Assembly: GCA_002633005.1 (NCBI GenBank)
Contig: NMRA01000332.1
Location: 73,121-137,120 of the forward strand
DNA from: Phoronis australis
Taxonomy: Eukaryota > Animalia > Phoronida
DNA: 64,000 bases
Direction: 5' to 3'
The position numbers were made by a program, and so were the translations under genes. Shown here piece after piece: positions 1-10,117 of the stretch; positions within the stretch are counted from its first letter, which is position 1; every line of letters starts with the position of its first letter. Below the pieces are notes generated by a model. That model saw only the letters and a list, made by a program, of their open reading frames with translations, ran no database searches and was not told the origin of the DNA.

Positions 1-180
1 GGCTGAAGTAACCAACCTATCGACATTAACAGGTCAAAAAATACCACCCATTTTTAATGCATCACTTCTTACAGGAACGACCACCCATAATTTGAGTTTT
101 TTTCTGAAGACCACCACCCATGAATTTTTAATTCTACTGCCGTCCCCCCCCTCCCACACGGATTTTACTGGAACAGCCCT
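1..180. mobile_element. Right end of a non-autonomous DNA transposon (MITE), truncated by the window edge
   Basis: Ends ...GGATTTTACTGGAACAGCCCT followed by AA, with internal short repeats (ACCACCCA). Resembles Harbinger-type MITE termini; the left end is not visible. Confidence 0.35.
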
Positions 181-1019
181 AAGTTACTTGAGATATTGCA
201 GTGATTTTTGAAACGTGGCATCCCAACATGATTCGTCTCAAGACAGTAGAACAACTGGATGACAGTGTGTTAATATTCACTGGTAAGTATAGGCGAACTT
301 TGAAATTACCTATAAGTTTTAAAGTTACTAAAATTAAATATTCCACGTTATCATGTGTTAATTTTACTTTACTTAAAAAAATGTTCATCATTATCATCCA
401 AACATCTGACGAAGTGAATTGTTGAAAATGGAAGACATTGCGCGGTGCATGTTAACAATCGCACCTTGATAACAAAGTACCAGTTATATTCAGAAAGGAA
501 TCATTAAATCATACATAATTTTGTCAACTACATTTTCATTATACAAGTTGGAATTATTATGGAAGACAACCGCTAGACTTAGATCACAACAAGAAAAATT
601 CCTGCAAGTGAGATGACACTGACATACATGTCTTAATATCTTAATGAGAGCAGGTATTTTTAAGGCACCTTGAATAATTTTCAGTCAAGACATTAAGCTG
701 AAGAACTCCTATCTAGGTAGGTTGCAAAAAAATTACATTTGCTATTAGAGGAATTTCGCAAAAAGCATATATCCAGCTCTTTTCCACTGGGCGTCAATAT
801 GCTGTGTTGAACCAGCTCATCAGTTTGAATTTCCGAATAGCCCGCAGGCAATCGCTTCCAGTTCTGTATAAAAGTGCTGCACACGTTTATGTTCACCAAA
901 TCTAATTTTTGCTGCATGCACGACAGATGAAAAACCAATCAAACTACAGTTGGTGAAATCTATTGTGGTGTGATTTTACTTTTTTATTTATTTATTATTG
1001 TGATATTTAAAATGAGGGT

Positions 1020-2100
1020 GGCCTCTTCAGTGATAGCACTGCTTTCCAAGAGGGCCCTCAAAATGACAAAACCCATGTTGACGTCTACCAGTATAGAAAT
1101 CAAGGCCGCAACAATAGCCTGTACCAGCCTGACATGTTTGCCACATTTTTATGCTCCATTTAGTGGGTTTGGCTGGCATGTTTTGACGGAAGTGTAAAGT
1201 GTAACCGCCCTTTGAATCCGATCGTGCTCTCGTCAATTTACAACTGATAGCCAGGTTTGTGCATATCTCTTATAGCTTGGGCTCAAACATGTCAAGCAGT
1301 GGTCACACCATGAATAGGGGATCACAGTTAATGGTAATGCGTTTACAGTACGAGTAGGTTGGTTCGCCGGTGGTTGCTGGAGTCAAGGAGATGGTAATTC
1401 ACTGATTTGTTTCGGAGAAAGTGTCTCTTGTCATGATAGAAGAAATGGTAATTTAATGGGACACCAAATGGCCATTTAATGGGTCACCAAATCTGGAGTT
1501 CAACTTGCAACTCGTCTAGGTGAGTTTTTAACTATCACGATTATACTGATGCAACAAATACTCAAGTTTTCTCAGTAATTGCTGTCTTGGATCGGTATTT
1601 TGCACAAGTTTTCGATCAGCAAAGTTGGTTTCGTTAGTGATTGAGTCAAAAAATTGTCTGCTAGATTAACAACAAGAAGTAATGCAGTGGCAGTGAGTTT
1701 GCATTGAAATTTGATCGTATGATGGTGACGGACACTAGAAATCTCTTGAGACGTAGGTATATTCAAGTCCACAGTCAAATCGGCAGCCAACAGTTATAAA
1801 AATTCATCATCACCCGACCTTTAATCGATAAGCGAGCTGACCTCAGACACATCGATATGCCAGCCACTCGTTGGTGCTAGCAATGAACTCTAATTTAACT
1901 TCAGGACCTGAAGTTCAGGTACTTCTTTGTCTGTAAAACCATCGTCACTGTCATTCAAACATCTCCCGATGACATTGGATTTTTAATCTTTACCTCCGTA
2001 TCGGTTTGTCACACTTTCTTGCGTCAAAATCATTGGTTTATTTTGAAGAAATCAACTGATTGATGCTACTTCTAAATAATATGGCTTCCAAAACCATGCA
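1020..2100 (-). mobile_element. Degenerate piggyBac transposase relic
   Basis: Minus strand reads DESTIGFKGR then, after a frameshift, LHFRQNMPAKPTKWSIKMWQTCQAGTGYCCGLDFYTGR. This matches the piggyBac/PGBD4 catalytic segment (SIDESMI.FKGR..FRQY.P.KP.K.GIK.W). Boundaries approximate. Confidence 0.8.
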
Positions 2101-2522
2101 AATTATCGTTTTTGGGTGAGATATCCAGGACTTCCATTCAATCTAAAAATAGATTGAAATGGCCAGCTTCGGCCTGGAGCGTGAAGTCAGGCAAGTTCCA
2201 CGTTTTCAGTTTGGCCTCTTACTATAAAGCACAAAAATGTTCATCAAAAATGAATACAAAATGGCCAACTTGTCTGCCAAATAATCATTCATAGCGGAAA
2301 AAGTATCAAAAATTAATAAACGTAGAGACCCGAATAACCTTCAAAAAGACCGGAAAACGAGTCCAAATAAATAAGTGTATAGATTCAGCTGAATCAGAAA
2401 TCCGTCCTCATTGGGCAACAGTTCATTTAACCACGTTCCGACAAAAAAGACACCCATGGCTAATGTTACAGTGGATATTCGGCAACTCATGGTTTAGCAT
2501 AGTTTCAGATGCCCTTCACCCT

Positions 2523-2678
2523 TGTTGAAATAGCCGAGATTGCCCGACCTCGGGAATCGAACCAGCGATCCTGATTTAACCGGCGAGCGTGCAAACCATT
2601 CAGCTAATAGGCTATTGCCCATTAGCGTGTGGTTAACAGAGGCCCATATATGATTCACCAGAGGCACATTTCACAACA
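2523..2678 (-). mobile_element. 156-bp solo LTR containing a tRNA-derived sequence (Ajax-like non-autonomous LTR retroelement)
   Basis: Termini TGTTG...CAACA, flanked by a 4-bp direct repeat CCCT (2519-2522, 2679-2682). Minus strand 2541-2612 is tRNA-like, with A box TAGCTGAATGG and B box GGTTCGATTCC. Confidence 0.7.
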
Positions 2679-3082
2679 CCCTGTTTTTTTTCAAATCATG
2701 TCCCATTTTTTTAATTTTCCAATTGGCAAATATATGTTGCTTGTGAAGGCCAGGACTTTCACAATGCAACCTATGTGGCTTCCCTGCTTTAAGTGAGCAG
2801 CACTGCAATTGAATTAGGCCCATAATTTAAGAGAACTCAAACATGAAGCATGTCCACTCTATCTCGCCCATTCACAGTTGTCAATTGCCAACGAAACGGA
2901 AGTAAAAGCTCTCATGTGAAACAGAAAGTGTCCTCCACTATCTTAGCGTTATAACTGCTAAAATCACTGTAATTGCCGTTTGACAGAATTACCAAATCGA
3001 ATTTCATAAATCCCACGTCTATTATACAGAATACCGGGGCTTTAAAACAAAATTGTTGTCGTCGACACAATATTACACCCAC

Positions 3083-3184
3083 CTCATTTTCCTTGTGATT
3101 TCTGATACCACGGACCAAATCTTGAAGGTTCTTGTCCAAAACCCTTTCCAGGGTACCTTTGACCTTTTTCAGAGAAATAGCCAT
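3083..3184 (-). CDS. AP3D1: AP-3 complex subunit delta, first coding exon (rest of gene not found in the window)
   Basis: ATG at 3184 gives MAISLKKVKGTLERVLDKNLQDLVRGIRNHKENE, matching the conserved AP3D1 N-terminus (DKNLQDLVRGIRNHK). Phase-0 donor GAG|GTGGGT follows at 3082. Confidence 0.95.
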
Positions 3185-3294
3185 TTCACAGATATCCTTT
3201 GTCACCTATTTTTTTTCTTAAACCACATTTATCTACATGAAGTAAATCGATTTTGCATAAATCTTAATTTCCGACCAAAGATCCCCGGTTTAAT

Positions 3295-3340
3295 CCAAAA
3301 TGGCAGGCAACTGGAGTAGATCATGTGACCTAGCTGACGT
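3295..3340. promoter_or_regulatory. Putative AP3D1 proximal promoter: YY1-like, M-box/CLEAR-like E-box and CRE half-site
   Basis: CCAAAATGGC (~3295-3304), TCATGTGAC (3321-3329) and TGACGT (3335-3340), 110-155 bp upstream of the ATG. Confidence 0.5.
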
Positions 3341-3979
3341 GTGAATCTTTGGAGGCGACCTCTTTTGGTAACTTATCCTAATGAACTTTTTTAACAATAG
3401 ATGCCGCTAGTGAAGCCGTAGGCCTAAGTTAGAAACTGACGTAGTCCTTTTTTACTTATTAAGTCTAAGATTCGTCTTACAAACTTTGAAATTGCCCCAC
3501 CTGGTAAGATAGTCAACATTAAAACAAAACAAAGGCTTAAGCCAAACGTATGATCTCTTTCTTGATGTTCTCAAAATTGACTGAAATTTAAAATTTTTGG
3601 TAGTGTCTAAGTTCCCCTCGTTGACTGAAAGGGACGTGAACATTGCGCGCTACGTCTCTTATCGTTACAATATCAGTTTAGACTCAACTCTAGGATGTTT
3701 TATGAACTAGGGTCTCTAAATCGAAGAAAATTCCATGTTTAAATATAGTAGTTCGTTCCCGTGGGTTTTCTCCTCGGCATCACAACGCCAGGCGACCGTC
3801 AGTCCGACGGCTAACTGAGATTTACCATTCCCGATCTTCGTAGTTCGTAGCGAGGTAAAGAAACGAAACTACACCAACGTATTGTGGCTAAAGTTTTTAA
3901 ATTTGTAAAATGTTCTGAACTTAAAATTTGGCGTGATGAATTTAGTTTCAGGAGCCAATCAGACTTCGAAAAATCACCA

Positions 3980-4109
3980 NNNNNNNNNNNNNNNNNNNNN
4001 NNNNNNNNNNNNNNNNNNNNNNNNNNNNNNNNNNNNNNNNNNNNNNNNNNNNNNNNNNNNNNNNNNNNNNNNNNNNNNNNNNNNNNNNNNNNNNNNNNNN
4101 NNNNNNNNN
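3980..4109. other. Assembly gap
   Basis: Run of N followed by a G homopolymer. Confidence 1.
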
Positions 4110-4694
4110 GGGGGGGGGGGCAACTGCGATTTTGGAAGGCAAATTCTCCGCATTGACCTGAAAACGGCGTGACCACGGCTTGGGGACACCCAATCCGATA
4201 TAAACCTTAGGATGAGACGAAATTTCTTGACATTGTTCCCGCGACATTCAAATCATGGAATGGACTTTTTTAAAATCAAATGTTTGCTTTTCGAATATTG
4301 CGTCAAGGAAACAGGGAACAAATAATCATTGAAGGCTAAATCGGGAAGTGCCGGTTTATGCATAAATATATTTATAAACACACTAATTGCACTGGCACAA
4401 ATTTTGTGGTGTCATAAGGTGGCGCTATCACTCGGGAGAAATTCTAGTAATATACTAGGCATCACGTAGACTTCGGTTGGCCGGTGAGGGGCTATAATAA
4501 TTCCCATCGCTTTCTGTACGCATTTCGTTCCATGTATTTTAAACGGGCGGTAGGCCACCGATTTTGAGTCTTCTTAAAAAATACATTCTACACTTAAAAC
4601 TATCACTTAAAAAAGCGCTTACTGTCTTCATTGGTCCTTTGTACTTCTATACATATCTTTGATGAAGCTTAGTTGTGCCAATTAAGGTGACTTT

Positions 4695-4855
4695 CAGTGA
4701 TAGATTTAGAGGGGGGCCAAGGGGGCCATGGCCCCTCTAAAATTCTCCCAGATTCCATTTGGCAGTACGGGGGTGCGAAGGTTTGACGGGCAAAATCCTG
4801 GCTAAAACTCTGCCTTAGCCCTCCCCCCTAACTCAAAATCCTGGATCCGCCCCTG
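4695..4855. mobile_element. ~160-bp GC-rich MITE (CAG...GGATCCGCCCCTG); second copy near 16062-16215
   Basis: Imperfect terminal inverted repeats, ACTTT on both flanks. Internal text CTAAAATTCT..GATTCCATT..TGACGGGCAAAATCCT is shared with the 16.1-kb copy. Confidence 0.65.
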
Positions 4856-4941
4856 ACTTTGGCGAAGAATTCCAACTCCACTTTTTGGTTGCCGTTATCT
4901 TTTTCACCGCGAGCGCGATAACCACAAAGTATGTCAACTGA

Positions 4942-4951
4942 GTCACGTGAG
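4942..4951. promoter_or_regulatory. CLEAR/USF-type E-box upstream of the candidate divergent gene
   Basis: GTCACGTGAG, ~120 bp upstream of the ATG at 5068. Confidence 0.5.
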
Positions 4952-5067
4952 TTAGGCAAAGGCTAGCGCGAGACTAGCATGAGAAGGTAACAGGTGAAAT
5001 TTGTAAGATTTGTGTCCTTTGGACTTTTTGTTTGTCAAATTGAGTGATTTCACGTAACTTCGTCAAA

Positions 5068-5077
5068 ATGGCACCCG
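5068..5077 (+). CDS. Candidate first coding micro-exon (MAP-, phase 1) of an unidentified divergent gene
   Basis: CAAAATGG Kozak context, then ATG GCA CCC G followed by a consensus donor GTAAGA. Confidence 0.5.
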
Positions 5078-5501
5078 GTAAGAGAAACTCGAACAAACCG
5101 CGACAAATTTTCCCATCGATTTATTCAGTCAAATTATGTTGACTGAATCGTTTCCAGACTTATGGCATGATTTGTTTATAACTCCATGTGCATACTATAC
5201 ATGTTTCATTTGATTTTATTTCCTGTATTTTGAACTGAGTAACATTTTGTGGGGTTGTAGCCTACTATCGCCCCTGTATGCCAGCGGCATCCAGGGCGAT
5301 GTAATTGCCTAGTAATATACATGAGCTCAACTAAGCAAATGATAAGCTCACCTCGGGTCAGTTTCATGAAGTGACTTAAGACTTAAGACGAAAATTTGGT
5401 CTATATGCATGAAAGAGACCCAGGTGAGCTTTTAACTTTTAAACTTTAGTAGTGTCGCACCCCGGCCAACCCGCGATCGAGAACGAGACCTTGCACCAAA
5501 A

Positions 5502-5526
5502 ATGGCAGACGACAGTGACATACCCG
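5502..5526 (+). CDS. Candidate alternative first coding exon (MADDSDIP-, phase 1) of the same gene
   Basis: AAAAATGG context, then ATG GCA GAC GAC AGT GAC ATA CCC G followed by donor GTGAGT. Preceded by a CpG-rich leader. Confidence 0.5.
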
Positions 5527-5761
5527 GTGAGTTTAAAATTAATTTTCTGCTTAAACAGAGTCCACTTTGGTACGAATGCTAAACAAAGAAAAGCGTCAGA
5601 GTGTAGCCTTTGTTGTGGATCTGAAATAATACTTGGCTTTTGCTTATTTTTAAAAGAATGAGCTCAAAAAGCAATGGCAATGACTCCGTCTCCAATGTAC
5701 ATGCATAGCAAGCTGAAACGTCATGAATGAAATCATAAACTCCAGTGGCGAAGGTTGTTAA

Positions 5762-6969
5762 AGGCGAAGGCAACCTTTTTTCATGTCATTTTGAGCTAAA
5801 ATAAGGTTGGTTAGTTATCCTAGACATAATTTCCACGTAATTACAGCGTTTCGTAATTTTATTTGTTCGCTAAGGAGGCAAGCGTTTCCCGCCACTTGGT
5901 TTTGCGTTGAGTTTACCGTGCGAATTTGTTCTGTTCTACTTTTGTTTTGTGTTGTTTTTCAACAATTGTCGCCACCACTTTCCATCGGCGAGTATTCTGC
6001 GGCAACATAGGTTAGTAGAGAACTCAACTACGTTGGATTTAGGGATTGTTTACAGTGTTGATGAAAGCTGAAAATGGCAAGAGTCGGTGACCCGTATCAC
6101 AGTGAAAGTAGTGTGAGTGACGGAGACCTTGTTCACAGCAGTGGTGACGAGGAATTTTTTCACGGACATTCAGTGGGTGGGTACATGTTTGAGCCCGAGT
6201 ATAACGAGGCAGAGTACGCACAGGCAGCTGTTGAGAGAAAACAGCACAGGGCGAATCACTACTGGTTCCAGGAATTGCACGCTCTGGGGTACGTTTGGAG
6301 GCACGGGTGACAGTAGATGAAGTGCCTCCACTGGCTCCAGTCACTGTACTGGCCACAGCTCGCGAGGCTTCTCGCTTCAAAAACGCACATCTCGGGGGTG
6401 GCGACGGGGCAGTGCCGGGAATCAACACAGACGGAATGGCATCCTGCTTCAGGCGTTGTTTCGCAGGGACCTTCATCAGTTCAGCGTACAAACCCGTTTC
6501 GTAATCGGACGGCAGAAAGTGTTTGCCACACACACGGTAATTCTCGACTGCTTTGTACGTTGCGTGGACGGGTAACGCTCCGTTCTTCACACGAACGAGC
6601 CAAGTACGGCGAAGCGTCATCCATCGGAAAGCGATGCAAAGGTACTCCCAAAGCGCGCGTGAGACGATAATTAATGCATACCGGTACGCAGCAACAGCGT
6701 GGCATGTTGACTGACTAGTAAATGAAAGCAAACGACGACAGAACTTAACACAACCGAGGTAGAACAATGAATGAGTCGGCAGCTCTCACAGTCAGACTAA
6801 ATGAAAAGAAATTGGCGCGAAATGCTTGCCTCCTAAAACGTCACTTCCGGAGTAGCGGACGAGTAATTAACAAAATTACGAAAAGCTGTAATTAAGTGGA
6901 AAATATGTCTAGTATAACCAACAAACCTTATTTTAGCTCAAAATGACATGAAAAAGGTTGCCTTCGCCT
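5762..6969. mobile_element. Internally deleted Kolobok DNA transposon
   Basis: TTAA on both sides (5758-5761, 6970-6973) and ~100-bp TIRs starting AGGCGAAGGCAACC. Minus-strand THAP domain (MPRCCCVPVC..LHRFP, frameshift, WLVRV..RVCGKHF..LKQDAIPSV) converges on a plus-strand KolX-like N-terminus (acidic tract, YMFEPEY). Confidence 0.88.
6330..6705 (-). pseudogene. Frameshifted THAP zinc-finger N-terminus of Kolobok transposase
   Basis: C2CH residues, FP, W and the AIPS box are split between ORFs 6481-6705 and 6039-6767 (shift near 6612). Confidence 0.85.
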
Positions 6970-9466
6970 TTAAGTCACTATAGTTTATTCAGATTTACGG
7001 AGTCTGTGGTTGGTAGTTGTCAGATGTGAAAGTATTTTGATGTTTTGTTTTGAACCTTTTTCCCTCAAGTTTCTTTCTATATTTGTGTTATTTCAAAAGA
7101 GTCTTTAACAGAACCAGTACATGTTTGTTCAAGTTTAGGTAGATTTAAATGGCCATACTAAGTGTCATTGGTCAATGCTTACATACATTTTTTCTAAGTA
7201 TTTTAAAAGAAAATCTATGTCTTTGATTATTGTAGAAATTGCTTTCATATTGTTGTTGATTTCCTGTGAGAGCCTATTATACTATCAACCAGTTGTAAAT
7301 ACATTATTGTCTATGATTCAGTGATGATTTAGTCTGATACATTCCAAAAGTAATTTGTTGGAAATGTTCAATGGATTTGTAATATTGATTTCCCTAAAGC
7401 AATTTTTGTAAGACCAATTTTGAGGTATGTGTGATAAAAGATTAATGTTATAATAGAAATAGTATAATACTGTTGATTTCCTGTGTAAATCACTACAGTG
7501 TGTAGCTGAAGTGACGTTAATGACAACATGTCGACTACGTTCTGAGAAAATCACAATATAGTAAGTGTATTATAACTCGAAGTGTTTCAATCTTTTTCAA
7601 TTCCACATTAAACTGGAAATCATGAACTGATGATGCAGGTGAACTCAGAACCAAGACTACAAAACAGAAGAGTCAAACACAACGTACATCAACCCACACG
7701 GTGCCACAAGTCAATCTGTTCACCTCTGTATCGATGTTATCTGTAAAACATCAAGTAAAATCCCACCCGTTTCATCAGCACACCAGTTTACACAACTTCT
7801 GGCCAAGTTTTAGATCCCAGACGTTTATGAGTGGGAATCTTTGAATCATCTCATGAAGTGTTGCCGCACTCCCCTCTCAAGCTCATTCTTTGAATTCACT
7901 GGTTATTTGTTTTCAGTTTTCCTTTTGCTGTCACAATTTTACAAACAAATTCTACACTCGCTTTCAGCTGCTGCAACAATTTGTTTACCCCTGGCTAACA
8001 CGCCACATGGAACAACTCCTTGGTGAGTCTTCAGTTTAGAAATCCTTGTTCTCAGTGATTTCGTCTAAAAGTACAAGTAGATACCTGTACTTTTCACAAC
8101 CCTGATAGGGCGTACCTTCACGTCGTGGGTAACGTGTTCGTTGAAACTCGCCTCGCAATTTTTAACAGTGCACTCGTTTCCTGAAATGAAAATAAATTCG
8201 TTTGTGAAACTAAAATTATGCTTGATGTACATGTAGTACTCATGGCAATTTAATGGAAATATGCTATGCTGTTGTTCAGTTTTGATACGAAATTAACACA
8301 GCAATGACGCAAAATGTTATTAATTCTTTGCACCACACTTATTCTGTAACCTTTTTCACGTTTTATAAGTAAAAAGTTCATTACTGTTCGACACACCACG
8401 ATGCGTTCCCGATCGCATAAACAAACACAAATTTGCGTTCCCGATCGGTTATCGTTGCGTTCTCGGTCGCATCTTTCAGCAGAAAAGCGTCGAAAAATCA
8501 GAGATCCTGACAAAACTACAAAAAAACAAGCGTTGCGTTATATTTTTACATGTCATTTCTTCATAACTCCATGGTCAATTTATTGATTTCGCGCCAAAAC
8601 TAACGGCAATTTGCCAAAATGACAAACAAATCACCTTCTGCGTAAGCGATGCCACGGTCAACGTAACCTTTCTCCTACATGTATAATTGGAAGAGACCGT
8701 AGCCTAAACCTCTACCTGCCCTTCCTCAATGTGTTACGCGTTGAACTCATGTCTCTGTTTTCACATCGGAAGTAAAAAAACAACGAAAATGCATCAAATT
8801 TACTAACCTTGTCTGGCTTCGCTTCTTGCGCCAAATTTCGTTCTCGATGGCCTTCCGGCCGTTCTCGATCGCGGGTTGGCCGGGGTGAGTGTCGCGTCTC
8901 AATATTTATCCCACACGCGTTGAATCTGTTGAGGGAAATACGCCATGTAATAATTTTTTCCCTATTCACCTCTCGCAATACTTTAACAGTTACCTCTGAC
9001 ATGAATGTTCAAAAGGTAGGGCAATGTCGACTCGACGTCGTTAGCACGTTAGATCATCAAAATTCCCGAAAATAGTTTAAAGTGAAACAATTGTAGCAGC
9101 GTAAATAACACTCAACATGCAACCAGGTCTCAATCGTAACATCTGGAAGATGACTGTTAATTATATGACAATTCTATCTGTTTTCAACTCGGTAACTACA
9201 ATATCAAAATTGTTGTTATTTAACCATTTTCAGGAGATGTTACAAGTTCAATACACAGTTGCTATTGTTTTCATCTTTGTTATGTCTTTTCAAGTAATTG
9301 GTGGTTGCTTTTAAAACTATTTCTTTTACTAGAGAAAACTTGCAGCCTAAAGCACAAGTACATACATATAGAATGTGATCCGCCACATGAACAGTCTCAG
9401 TGAAGTATTTAAAAAATCTGCTGAAAAATGAAAGAAACTTAGGAATTCGAAGGGTTTGGGCTAAAT

Positions 9467-9613
9467 ACAAAACGTAGCTCGATTGGCGTAGATGACGTAA
9501 TATCCCACGAGACCTTATTCAAAGTATCAACCGAAACCGAAGGTCGAGGTGGATACGCGGAATAATGTTTCGTGGCATATTACTTCATCTACGCCAAACG
9601 AGCTACGTTTTGT
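9467..9613. repeat. ~147-bp imperfect palindrome (hairpin MITE)
   Basis: ACAAAACGTAGCTCGATTGGCGTAGATGA... pairs with ...TCATCTACGCCAAACGAGCTACGTTTTGT around a CCGAAGGTCG loop. Confidence 0.85.
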
Positions 9614-10041
9614 GTATGTATCAACTAGGCATTTCATGAAATACGAGTTCACAGAAATATAAACAATGTATTATAAAACATTTAAGGTTTGCATATACAG
9701 CCACAGTAGAAGTGTCTCGATGTTTCATCACCTTCTGAATGCACAAAAATTGACCGAGCAAGGTTTAGTTGACGATCGATTGATTTATTTATTTAACATT
9801 GACTGATCATAAAATAGTTAACGACACATTTGCAACACACAGCAATAGAGTCAGACAAACAAAAATATACAAACTGAGTAATAACGCCACATAAGAACTA
9901 CTTACATGTATGAATAAAAATTAAAGCAAGGATGATACTTAAGACCAGACAAGGTGTATACCTAAGTAAAAATAACCTAAAATAACAATGACAAATATAT
10001 AAAGTAAAAATAAATTTACAAAACAAGAATAACACATAAGA

Positions 10042-10117
10042 CATGGGCGGCACACTATAGGGAGCTGGGGGAAGGGGGCTATAACCCTCCACTTTTTTCA
10101 GTGCTGCGCCGCCCATG
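10042..10117. mobile_element. 76-bp micro-MITE; two further diverged copies in tandem at ~19233-19372
   Basis: TIR CATGGGCGGC / GCCGCCCATG; shared core GGGGGCT.TA.CC..CCACTTTTT..GTGCT. Confidence 0.7.

Noticed and set aside
2541-2612. Functional tRNA gene
   Set aside because: Acceptor and anticodon stems are imperfect, there is no T-run terminator, and it is embedded in an LTR-like unit.
3811-4247. ORFs spanning X runs
   Set aside because: Artefacts of the N gap.
6039-6767. 242-aa ORF as an intact host THAP gene
   Set aside because: The first Cys pair is in another frame, the ORF runs into antisense KolX sequence, and it lies between transposon TIRs.
7968-8022. Candidate exon 2 of the divergent gene (AG..GTGAGT)
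   Set aside because: The peptide is unrecognisable and overlaps a possible opposite-strand relic; similar candidates near 9233 and 10577 are equally unsupported.
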